Below, piece by piece: positions 24,601 to 33,829 of a stretch of 64,000 nt of DNA. The stretch's first letter is position 1. Each line of letters opens with the position of its first letter. The notes under the pieces were generated by a model that saw nothing but the letters and a program-made list of their open reading frames with translations, had not been told where the DNA came from and made no database searches. Made by a program: the position numbers and the translations under genes. This DNA is from Schmidtea nova (lineage: Eukaryota): contig CM097882.1 of NCBI GenBank assembly GCA_044892505.1, forward strand, positions 25,978,001 through 26,042,000, written 5' to 3'.

Positions 24601-27600
24601 TCACAATTCGTACGTTCATAATGATTTTTAAAATTCCTAAACAATATTTTGAAATTGGAAATATCAATCCTTTTCTTGCATGTCTTATTGTGCTCTCTTC
24701 GCTCTTTCTGGCACATTATAAAACCTCAATTCATAACAAAACAACAGATACTGGTTCGTATACATCAATGGAAAGTTTTTGTGATTTTAAATATAAAAGA
24801 AATATGATAATGGATTAGTTTATCGTTCTTGGACACTGCCTTAAACTTATTATAAATCTATATCTAGTATTGATACATTTGTTAAGTTACTACAGATAAA
24901 CGGATATTCAAAATCTGTCTTGCCACGAATAATGTGTGAAACTGTTGATAAGTATGTCAATAAGTTGAATATGATTGATGACAAAATCTCACCTGGTGTT
25001 GACCCGTTTAATACCCCTGATTTAGTTCCTTTGATTGAAACAGGTGATGTTGTCATGGGAATGAATGATAGTGTTGATAGTATTAATAATAGTATCATAA
25101 TAATAATGAAATAATTAAAAGTAACGAATAATAGCATTGGTATTGTTAAATTTTTTATCATTTTCTGAAAGTTCTGTAAATTTAAAAAAATCTTTATATT
25201 GGAAAGACTACTCTTTATCTCTGTAACCGAGTTCAAGAACGTGCCAGAAAAAGCGGAAAGAGTAATATTATTGAGCACAATAAGACATGCAAGAAAAGCA
25301 TTGATATTTAAAATTTCAAAATATTGTCTAGGGATTTTAAAAATTAATATGAACGTATGAATTGTGAGGCTTTGATGATTTATCAATGACATTTACTGCA
25401 CAAACCGATAAATTTAAACGATTTACAATCACACCATTTCCAAAAATTCAATTTGATGAAATTTTATAATTAATTCCTAAATTTCTTAGTTAATTACTTT
25501 TTCGACCTTGTATAAAATGTAATATATTTTTGAATATTTTCAAATATAAAATTGAATAAAATGGAATAGTATTGAATAAAATGGAATTTAAAATTGAATA
25601 AAATGTAATAATATTGAAAAATATGGAATATATTGAAAATGAAATATAGTTTTGATTCAAAACTATATATTATTCCATATTATTCAAGAATTTATTCTAT
25701 TTTATTCTATTTTATTCAATATTATATTGTATATTATTCAATACTGTATTACAATTTATTCAATATTATATTCCATATTATTCAATAAATATTACATTTT
25801 ATTCAATATTATATTCTATACGATTCAATACTATTACATTTCATTCAATACCATATTACATTTTATTCAATATTATATTGTATATTATTCAATACTATTA
25901 CATTTTATTTCATATTGTATTGCATATAATTTAATACTATATTACATTTTATTCAATATCATATTACATATTATTCAATACTATATTACATTTTATTCAA
26001 TATTATATTCTATACGATTCAATACTATTACATTTCATTCAATACCATATTACATTTTATTCAATATTATATTGTATATTATTCAATACTATTACATTTT
26101 ATTCCATATTGTATTGCATATAATTCAATACTATATTAAATTTTATTCAATATCATATTACATATTATTCAATATTATATTGTATATTATTTAATACGGT
26201 ATTACAATTTATTCATTATTATATTCCATATTATTCAATACTATATTACATTTTATTCGATATTAGTAGGGACAAGTGAGCGGTCTAGGCCAAACCATTT
26301 ATCCATAAACTATGTAATATTACGTAATAATTAGACAGTTAACCCGCATATCCAAAAAATACATAATACTTTATGTACTACGCAATTATTACATAATCAC
26401 TATGTCAATATTACGTCATCATTACGCAATTAATTAACTATTGTATAATTTTATATAAAACTTTAAATTCTTATATAACACAATAATTCTTATGCAATTG
26501 ATGACGTAATACTGAAATTCATTAATTTTTATTTATTTTTCATAATTTTTACAAAAAATATAAAATAAATTATTTTTTTCAAATTATTTTTCCAAAACTT
26601 TCAAAAATGCTCAGATTTAAATAATTTTTATACCAATCTACTTGGAATTCAATGGCGAACAAAAAAGGGTCAAAAAGTAAAAACATGAAAAATGGTCTTC
26701 TCCGGTAAATTTAACATGAAAAACCTTACTTGGTTAAAAATGGTTAAAATTCAAGAACTTTTACATATAAATAATCAGAATTTAACGCTCAACAATAAAA
26801 AGTAATATTAACTAGAAAAACAACAAAAAACACAAAGTATTTTAAAAATAAATAAATAAAACTTTATTTAAATAAATCTTATCATCTTCAGGCAAATTGT
26901 TCATCAGCAACATCTTCACGCACCCTCATAACCACATCAATTCCCTTATAATGTCCGTAAAGCCAGAGTAACATTTTTTCCCACCCAAAGTCTTTTGTCG
27001 TCAAGATTAGTCAAGGCAATCTTAGAAGATTTATTAGTAAAGAGTTGATGATTCTTACTAACTATTCTAGACTGATCAACAGAAACTATTGAATTATTAT
27101 TATAACAATCCAGATACGACTGATAATTCAGTTTAGTATCCTTCAATGTTATACCCTTAGCCTTAATGCACTCTTCATCACCTAAAAGACTATAACACTT
27201 TGGCCTAAGGAATACCCACTCATCATACTTGAATCCTTTATTCTCGTCTTTGAATTTACCAATGACGGAATCTAGGTTCCTACTGTATAATGGGTGATTC
27301 GGATCATAATTAGAAGTGTCAAGTAAGTTATCTCTTATCATGGCCGGTAAAAGAATATCAAGCTTACAATTTCTAATCTCAAGAAAAAACGATGTTAATT
27401 TCGCAGTTGAATTCGTTACGATATAAAAAACAATAAAAAACACAATTTTTAAAATAAATCTTTATTTAAATAAATCTTCGGCAATTAATTTGTATTGTAA
27501 AGGCCATCATAGTATGCCTTTCTCATTTCAGCAACCAAGATATGCAAAGATTGTTGTCTTTTAAAATCGTGGCAACAAGCACATCCATTGGTGCATGAAA

Positions 27601-30600
27601 CACGCATTGATTACTTACAAACAATGCAATTTTCAACGCACTTGACTCCAGCTCCAAGCACCATATCATAGTGCATTTCAAGCAACTCCTCAATATTGAT
27701 CCCTGTGTATTGGTATATTTTATGTACCAACAACTCGGGGCGCAATAATCGAGATTATTTTTAATCTTTGGATATAAATCTTGGATCTTCTTGAGAATTA
27801 CTTCGAGCAAATAAACTAAAAGAATAAATTAATATAAAAATAAAAATACTCTTACTTTTAGACATTTTCAAATTTTCACAATCAATGAGTAACAAACAAT
27901 ACAAACAAAATTTATTTAATTAATTAATGTATTTATTTCATTAATTATATTTTCCACATAATTTTTAAAATCCAAAGTTTTAATTCCAAGCATAACTACT
28001 TTTCCGCTGCCAAAGACATTGACACATACTGGATCAAATTTCTGTAGACGTAATGCTGGGAATATTTCTAGTTCGAACCAACAACGATATTTCTTTTGTA
28101 ATTCGTATAAATTAATAAATTTGCCGCCATCGGCCGGTAATTGTTTGAATCTCTAAATTTTTAATCTTGAATTTCAAATCCACCGGCTTTAACGGTTGTT
28201 CGCATCCTATTACCCGACACTTGCCAGATTTGAAGAAGATGATGGGGTACTTGCCGCTTCTGTCAACAACTTGTTTCGGTTTGCCACTCGGGAATATCAT
28301 ACCGGGAACTAAACATTTACCTTTATAATTGATGTTGCTCAACATTTTTGATTAATTAAACAAATATAAACAATATAAATTAATTAATTAAAATGGAATT
28401 AAGAAATGATGCCGTATATCAAATAGTAGGACCCAGCGGGAGTAGGATAACCTTGTTTGTATGTAAATTATTACAATAAAAATGTTTAAATCGCAATTCA
28501 ATAAAATTTATTGGCATCGGGGTGCTGATGAAGAACATGGATTGACTCAAGATCAGATTTGTAAATTAAAAATGACTATTATAAAAGGTTTTGACAAAAA
28601 TTGGTCATCTAGATTACATCAAGGTGATGTTATAATTATCGATGACTTGTATCAGGAAGCCAATAAAGAAAAAGATTTCAACAATTTATTTACAAAAATT
28701 AGTAGACACTTTGGTGTTACAGTTATTTTCATTACTCAAAATTTATTCCATCAAGGTGGTAGTCATAGAACCCGGAATTTAAATGTACAATATTTGGTTA
28801 TATTCAAAAACCCCCGAGATGCAACAATTATTAATTTTCTTGCAATACAAGTATACCCTAATGATAGAAATTTTTACTTGATTCATTTCAAGATGCAACT
28901 AAAATTCCACATGGATATCTGTTTTTCGACTTTACACAACAATGTCCTGATGATTTACGTATAAGAACTGATCTTTTCAATGAAAAAGGTATAACAGTTT
29001 ATAAACAAAATTGAAATCGTAAAATTAATTAATTAAAATGTCATTCAAAAAAGTCGTTGTTCAACCCGTTATTGGAAAATCCGATAAACAAAACTTAAAG
29101 GTAAATAAGATGTCATTGAAAAAGAAGTCAAAAATCAAGAAATCAAAGAAGAAATGGATTAAATTATAAACAAAACAAATTGTGAAAAAGCTGCTAATAA
29201 TGAAAAATGAACGCAGTTTACCATATTTTAATGCCTTGATAAAGGCTCCAATTAATAAACGTATGACAATCTTACAGGCTTTTCCCCCATTTGTTATTGA
29301 TGATTTGCTTGAGGTTATTGTCAATGTAATTCGTGGTAATGTAAACATTAGTAAAGCCAAAAAATTACGGCTACAAAAACATAAAAGATCACTTTTATCA
29401 CTAGTCAACACTAAAAATCGTAATCTTATGCGTAAGATAATTTATAAACAAAATGGCGGTTTCCTAGGTACATTAATTCCAATAGTATTATCAGCTATAA
29501 GTGCAATTTCATCATTTAAATGGGAACTAAAAATTCAATACCCGATAAACATAATTTAGACTTGAATATATTAACATCTTGTTGTAACAATGAAGGAAAT
29601 ATTAACCAAAAAGAAGGTAACCAAAAATCAATTAAAAAAGATTTGGACAAACCCAAAAGATCCCGATGGGTTTGCTGGGGTAAACAAAATTTCAAAAAGA
29701 GTAAAAAATTCAAAGAAAGATACACAAAAATGGTTATCTGATCAATTGGCATTGGGGGGTAAACTGTATAATATTACGTAATATTATACAGTTTAGGGAT
29801 AAATGGCTTGGCCGAGACCGCTCACTTGTCCCTACTGATATTATATCGCATATAATTCAATACTATATTACATTTCATCCAATATCATATTACATTTCAT
29901 TCCATATTATTCAATACCATATTACATTTTATTCAATATTATATTCCATATTATTCAATACTATATTACATTTTATTCAATATTATATTATATTCTATAC
30001 GATACAATACTATATTACATTTCATCCAATATCATATTACATTTTATTCAATATTATTCAATACCATATTACATTTTATTCATTATTATATTCCATATTA
30101 TTCAATACTATATTACATTTTATTCAATATTATATTCCATATAATTCAATGCTATTAAATTTTATTCAATATCATATTACATTTTATTCATATAATTCAA
30201 TACTATATTGCATTTTATTCAATATCATATTACATTTTATTCATTATTATATTCCATATCATTCAATACTATATTACATTTTATTCAATTATGTATTTAA
30301 TGCTATTAAATTTTATTCAATATCATATTACATTTTATTCATAATATTCAATACTATATTACATATTATTCGATATTATATTGCATATAATTCAATACTA
30401 TATTACATTTTATTCAATATTATATTCCATATAATTCAATAAATATTACATTTTATTCAATATTATATTCTATACGATACAATACTATATTACATTTCAT
30501 CCAATATCATATTACATTTTATTCAATATTATTCAATACCATATTACATTTTATTCATTATTATATTCCATATTATTCAATACTATATTACATTTTATTC

Positions 30601-32223
30601 AATATTATATTCCATATAATTCAATACCATATTACATTTTATTCATTATTATATTCCATATTATTCAATACTATATTACATTTTATTCAATATTATATTC
30701 CATATAATTCAATACCATATTACATTTTATTCATTATTATATTCCATATTATTCAATACTATATTACATTTTATTCATATATTATATTATTCAATATTAT
30801 ATTCCATATAATTCAATAAATATTACATTTTATTCAATATTATATTCTATACGATACAATACTATATTACATTTCATCCAATATCATATTACATTTTATT
30901 CAATATTATTCAATACCATATTACATTTTATTCATTATTATATTCCATATTATTCAATACTATATTACATTTTATTCAATATTATATTCCATATAATTCA
31001 ATACCATATTACATTTTATTCATTATTATATTCCATATTATTCAATACTATATTACATTTTATTCAATATTATATTCCATATAATTCAATACCATATTAC
31101 ATTTTATTCATTATTATATTCCATATTATTCAATACTATATTACATTTTATTCAATATTATATTCCATATAATTCAATACCATATTACATTTTATTCATT
31201 ATTATATTCCATATTATTCAATACTATATTACATTTTATTCAATATTATATTCCATATAATTCAATACCATATTACATTTTATTCATTATTATATTCCAT
31301 ATTATTCAATACTATATTACATTTTATTCAATATTATATTCCATATAATTCAATACCATATTACATTTTATTCATTATTATATTCCATATTATTCAATAC
31401 TATATTACATTTTATTCAATATTATATTCCATATAATTCAATACTATATTACATTTTATTCGATATTATATTGCACATAATTCAATATTATATTGCATTT
31501 TATTCAATATTATATTCCATACGATTCAATACTAAATTACATTTCATTGAATATCATATTACATTTTATTCAGCGCTATATTACATTCAAACCTTTGAAT
31601 AACACTAATGATTTTGTTATTTGTTTCTAAAAATAGTAATTAATATTACTATCCATATTTCGTATAATTGTATAGTCTATATATTTATAACTTTCAAATT
31701 CCATCAATTAGTCGGTTATAAATTAACATCAACGCTGGAAATTCTTTTCCTTGTAAAGAACGACGAATTTAATGGGGTGGTTTTCTACAAATTTCATTTT
31801 GACAATAATATTTCTAATTTATATTTGTATAAATTATTTTAAAAGATTGATTAAAAAATGTTAATTTTTAAGAATTACCAATCAATTGATAAAAAAGTGT
31901 TTAACGTGTTGCCGACAAGTTATGTGCTGTTACATTTATTCAGCCGATCTCCTTTGGAACTGAAATCCCCTCATATTTCAATGGGTTGGTCGGTAATGCA
32001 TTATGTTGCTTGGTTATTAAAACATCCTTCTGAATCAGATCGTTTAAACTTCATTAAAGGTGCTCTAGATGCATATGCAAACATGGTTTGATTGGTTTTT
32101 CTTTTATATTTAAATTTAATTTTAACTATTTACTTCAAGATTCGCCTGAAAGAACAAAAACATTATGCCGAAATCTATATTCAAATGATGGCAATTTTAG
32201 AAAGTGCTTTAAAAAATAATTGA
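9507..32223 (+). CDS. COG5: Conserved oligomeric Golgi complex subunit 5; 11 coding exons
   Basis: The spliced translation follows metazoan COG5 colinearly: GIEKLEGVLEMM, IALQ-IFSNL, PGR..FRASFW, EYPKLLKLF, SQIIGP, QPL, GFIKRV, LIRP, ELKSP..W..HPSESDRL..IKGALDAY. All junction phases were checked and are compatible. Confidence 0.95.
9687..9955 (+). CDS. COG5: COG5 exon 2
   Basis: LNEQLQTHVISKHDDLMSHAVGIEKLEGVLEMM...RRLK; proposed GC donor at 9956. Confidence 0.85.
10689..10770 (+). repeat. Dispersed repeat fragment homologous to 23297-23385 in opposite orientation
   Basis: CCTTGCATATCAAAGTGATGTGACATCCAATGTACCAGGAAAAGTATTCAATAAAGTTGTTCCAAC aligns with the reverse complement of 23297-23385 at roughly 85% by eye. 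Confidence 0.7.
11359..11567 (+). CDS. COG5: COG5 exon 3
   Basis: AG at 11357-58; HQRDPCKVSAAINEL...LGIALQ. Confidence 0.85.
11618..11780 (+). CDS. COG5: COG5 exon 4
   Basis: Follows a 50-bp intron; IFSNLNML...GGGK; donor GTAAAG at 11781 (alternative at 11775). Confidence 0.8.
13004..14564. mobile_element. MITE-like element with 22-bp TIR GCCCTTTTAACTAAAACAATTC, hosting the Merlin insertion
   Basis: 13004-13025 is the exact reverse complement of 14543-14564. No TSD recognised. Confidence 0.55.
13444..14542 (-). mobile_element. Merlin (IS1595-like) DNA transposon with degenerate transposase
   Basis: Perfect 23-bp TIR GGATCATGTCCATTATCTGCCAC and perfect 8-bp TSD GAATTGTT (13436-43, 14543-50). 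ORF pieces include C..C zinc ribbon, SIRNGSFF and FVDPDSGVHTQNI..LNELVW. Confidence 0.92.
17939..18190 (+). CDS. COG5: COG5 exon 5
   Basis: TPGRAAVPTGEQLASFRASFWTVVDKL...; 49-bp intron follows. Confidence 0.85.
18240..18661 (+). CDS. COG5: COG5 exon 6 (3' end runs into the N gap; about one codon missing)
   Basis: FLKKTLENEYPKLLKLF...FEQAFLSISLSKLFD...ELTLASVDPHLMT. Confidence 0.85.
18662..19152. other. Assembly gap (N)
   Basis: N run; hides the donor of COG5 exon 6. Confidence 1.
19153..20180 (-). pseudogene. pogo/Tigger-like (DDE_1) transposase remnant
   Basis: Minus-strand fragments MAFKKEVI, ARNNLAFRRKTN, KAWVNEDV...CII*DPCRAHI, VREIWDNLS; many stops and frameshifts. Confidence 0.65.
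20370..20579 (+). CDS. COG5: COG5 exon 7
   Basis: SCKNLGKMIDIVCTKFEQCISTDSDSSQIIGP...PNQL; GTAATT donor at 20580. Confidence 0.85.
20894..21203. mobile_element. hAT-type MITE, 310 bp
   Basis: TIR CAGGGATGGGCAAACT / AGTTTGCCCACTCCTG, perfect 8-bp TSD ATCTATTT, internal GCGGCCC repeats. Confidence 0.9.
21250..22702 (+). mobile_element. Possible non-autonomous Helitron/DINE-like element
   Basis: 5' motif TGCTGCCCGGCTTCGCCC and 3' ACAAACAGACAGACA...TATATTATAGAT resemble such elements. Motif resemblance only. Confidence 0.4.
21560..22030 (+). pseudogene. IS630/Tc1-like DDE_3 transposase remnant
   Basis: YLDESRFN, IIMDNDKIHH and FFPPYSPKLNSVEEC, in broken frames. Confidence 0.75.
22790..23400 (-). 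pseudogene. Ty3/gypsy pol (RT) remnant
   Basis: Minus strand PIPSTGEMIDIRNGSKYFTTLD and QSFLGLANYNR. Confidence 0.65.
23579..23749 (+). CDS. COG5: COG5 exon 8
   Basis: IVKDKLDHCLKLQITVIQPLMDNITSTLEEIITTVHSENF...ELD. Confidence 0.85.
23802..24107 (+). CDS. COG5: COG5 exon 9
   Basis: GFIKRVRVQY...LIRPTNDFGSQKLALDIEQFE...YRKLRGLK. Confidence 0.85.
24540..25390 (+). mobile_element. Penelope-like remnant (GIY-YIG end) with an inverted duplicate of its 3' end
   Basis: LLQINGYS, LYIGKTT..NRVQE and NFKIL motifs. About 24575-24706 is the reverse complement of about 25272-25390. Confidence 0.7.
25553..26258. repeat. AT-rich minisatellite (~44-bp unit), left part; the first ~100 bp are inverted
   Basis: TATTCAATACTATATTACATTT units. 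25553-25650 carries the complementary AATTGAATAAAATG form. Confidence 0.9.
26946..27424 (-). pseudogene. Protein-primed DNA polymerase B C-terminal fragment
   Basis: GKFKDE, FLRPKCYS, KAKGI and DDKR motifs. The 20 bp encoding AGDTDS in the 56.2-kb copy are deleted here. Confidence 0.85.
27523..27865 (-). CDS. Small Cys-rich Maverick ORF of unknown function, probably with a 40-bp intron (27816-27855)
   Basis: ATGTCTAAAA|GTAAGA...TTTTAG|TTTATTTG joins in frame to ORF 27523-27810 (MSKIYLLEVIL...CLKC...C...CVFH). Confidence 0.45.
27916..28345 (-). pseudogene. TBP-like (TATA-binding protein fold) gene with one +1 frameshift near 28135
   Basis: Repeat 1: MLSNIN...IIFFKSGKCRVIGC...IQTIT. Repeat 2, in the shifted frame: FINL..FELEIFPAL..VNVFGSGKVVMLGIK.. 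ending TAA at 27916-18. Compare TBP ALIFSSGKMVCTGAK and YEPELFPGL..LIFVSGKVVLTGAK. Confidence 0.75.
28393..29014 (+). pseudogene. Polinton packaging ATPase (A32/FtsK-like), frameshifted
   Basis: Degenerate Walker A VGPSGSRIT, Walker B IIIDD, SRH...IFITQNLF, YLVIFKNPRD, and GYLFFD in a shifted frame. Confidence 0.88.
29038..29168 (+). CDS. Short Lys-rich basic ORF (43 aa), possible Maverick core protein or frameshift product
   Basis: MSFKKVVVQPVIGKSDKQNLKVNKMSLKKKSKIKKSKKKWIKL. Confidence 0.3.
29182..29559 (+). CDS. Maverick basic core-like protein with QNGG|F protease site and a C-terminal hydrophobic helix
   Basis: KQNGGFLGTLIPIVLSAISAIS resembles adenain-cleavage-motif proteins of Polintons/adintoviruses. 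Confidence 0.6.
   Translation: MKKLLIMKNERSLPYFNALIKAPINKRMTILQAFPPFVIDDLLEVIVNVIRGNVNISKAKKLRLQKHKRSLLSLVNTKNRNLMRKIIYKQNGGFLGTLIPIVLSAISAISSFKWELKIQYPINII
29590..29755 (+). pseudogene. Polinton retroviral-like integrase N-terminus, truncated at the right TIR
   Basis: IWTNPKDPDGFAGVNKI...TQKWLSDQ. Confidence 0.7.
29843..31590. repeat. AT-rich minisatellite (44-bp unit, 88-bp dimer), right part
   Basis: Alternating AATATTATATTCCATATAATTCAATACCATATTACATTTTATTC and ATTATTATATTCCATATTATTCAATACTATATTACATTTTATTC. Confidence 0.95.
31873..32085 (+). CDS. COG5: COG5 exon 10
   Basis: VLPTSYVLLHLFSRSPLELKSP...HPSESDRLNFIKGALDAY. Confidence 0.9.
32140..32223 (+). CDS. COG5: COG5 exon 11 (terminal)
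   Basis: Follows a 54-bp intron; IRLKEQKHYAEIYIQMMAILESALKNN-TGA. Confidence 0.85.
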   Translation: MRLKEQKHYAEIYIQMMAILESALKNN

Positions 32224-32691
32224 ATTATTGTGATATCAGGTTTTGTTTTCAAATAAATATTTTTGATTGTCGGGTTTTCCGTGACTGTTTTAATTTTTAA
32301 ATTAATAAATAAATTTATGTTATTGGCGAATGAAATGAATTGCTTGCAGCATCACGTTATAACAATAATAGGAAAATGTTATAAAGAAATGTTGATCTCA
32401 TTTCCCCATTTTTTCAAACAATAGATCAGAAATTTTGTGTTGAATAAGAAACAAACGCTTGAGCAATGCGTAGCTAGAAATTTTGTGCCCTATGCATCAG
32501 TCATAGGTGGGCCCCTTCTTCTGGACCAGTGGTCCCCACTCAGTTACACATTATACTGTATTTTATTTTTACAGAAACAAAATTTTGTACATAAGTTTTT
32601 ACTCATATTTCATTTAATTTGAGCACAATTTCTTGTTTAAATTAACAAAATATAATTAAATATTTAGTAATTAAGCAAAAATTGTAAAATA

Positions 32692-33725
32692 CGTGGTGCG
32701 GTCAAAAGGTTTCCGGCCTACCCTACTTAACAAATTGATTTTTTAATGGAAATAGGTTTATTTTATTGGAAATTTATTGACAATTTCATGTTGAAAATCT
32801 ATTTGTCCTAATCCATTTACTTTATCTGTTGCAGATGGAAATGTCGTTGCAAGTGCATTCGCTGGAAAAAATTGAGTATCGCAGTGCTATTCGCTTTTGT
32901 GTTCTTCTCGGCCAAACCAACCAGGAAATCATGGCAAATCTGAATCGAGCCTATGGCGAAAAGTGTCCCTATCAGTCTACCATCAAGTTTTGGATTGCTG
33001 AATTCAAACGAGGTCGGCAAAGTGTGTCAGATGATGAACGAGAGGGTCGACCAACGACATCGAGAAATGAAGATGTGAAGGATAAATTGGAGAAAATGGT
33101 ACTGGAAGATCGCCTTATAACTACCAGGCAACTAAAAGAATCCCTACAAATATCACACGGCACTGTAGTGCAATTATTGAAAAACCTTAACTTCAACAAG
33201 GTGGTGTCTCGCTTTTTGACAACTGAGATGTGCAATAACCGATAGAATGCGTGTCTCATGAACCTCGCCATTTACCGCAAGTATGGAGAAAGATTTATCC
33301 AAAACATACTCACTGTTGATGAGACACCGTTGCCCCTACATCAGCTTGAATCAAAGCGGGAGTCTATGGAATGGAGAAAGCCGGAAGAAGGAAAAGTTTG
33401 GAAGTCTCGTTTCCGTACCAATGACTGTGGTTTCGAGATCATTAGCCACTTTCCATACAGCCCTGATTTGGCTCCCTAAGATTACTGCCTATTTACAGAA
33501 TTGAAGAAGCAACTGCGGAAATTATTTTGCGGATTTTTGACCAGCTTCCACCCTCATTTTACCATGGGGGTATTCGAAGCCCTCCCTGATCGTTGGCAGA
33601 AGTGTGTCGATGCCGGAGGTAATTGGTTCGAGAAGTAATGGTATTTGTGTTGATAAAAATATAGTTGTGGTTTCTTGCTTTTACTTTTTTCTGGGGTAGG
33701 CCGGAAACCTTTTGACCGCTACACG
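32692..33725 (+). mobile_element. mariner-family transposon with internal deletion and stops
   Basis: 32-bp TIR CGTGGTGCGGTCAAAAGGTTTCCGGCCTACCC (2 mismatches), TA TSD, HTH (EFKRGR..DDEREGRP), TVDET and YSPDLAP. Confidence 0.92.
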
Positions 33726-33829
33726 TATATATTAAAAACCGAAAAATTGTGAATATGTAACATTTAAGATAACGAGCTTACCAACTATGAAAATCTTAAA
33801 TTTAAATTTTACAAGTTTTTAATTAGAAA

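Larger units (their letters stand above)
26265..29836. mobile_element. Internally deleted Maverick/Polinton, 3572 bp, in COG5 intron 9
   Basis: AGTAGG...CCTACT termini, ~65-bp imperfect TIR, perfect 6-bp TSD GATATT (26259-64, 29837-42). Contains pPolB, packaging ATPase and integrase fragments. Confidence 0.93.

Noticed and set aside
27916-28345. Host TBP/TRF gene or processed pseudogene
   Set aside because: Far too divergent from the highly conserved eukaryotic TBP core, shortened, and located inside TIR/TSD-bounded Maverick sequence with a second diverged copy.
25652-30442. Hydrophobic ORFs 25652-26194 and 30149-30442 as membrane proteins
   Set aside because: Translations of the 44-bp minisatellite.
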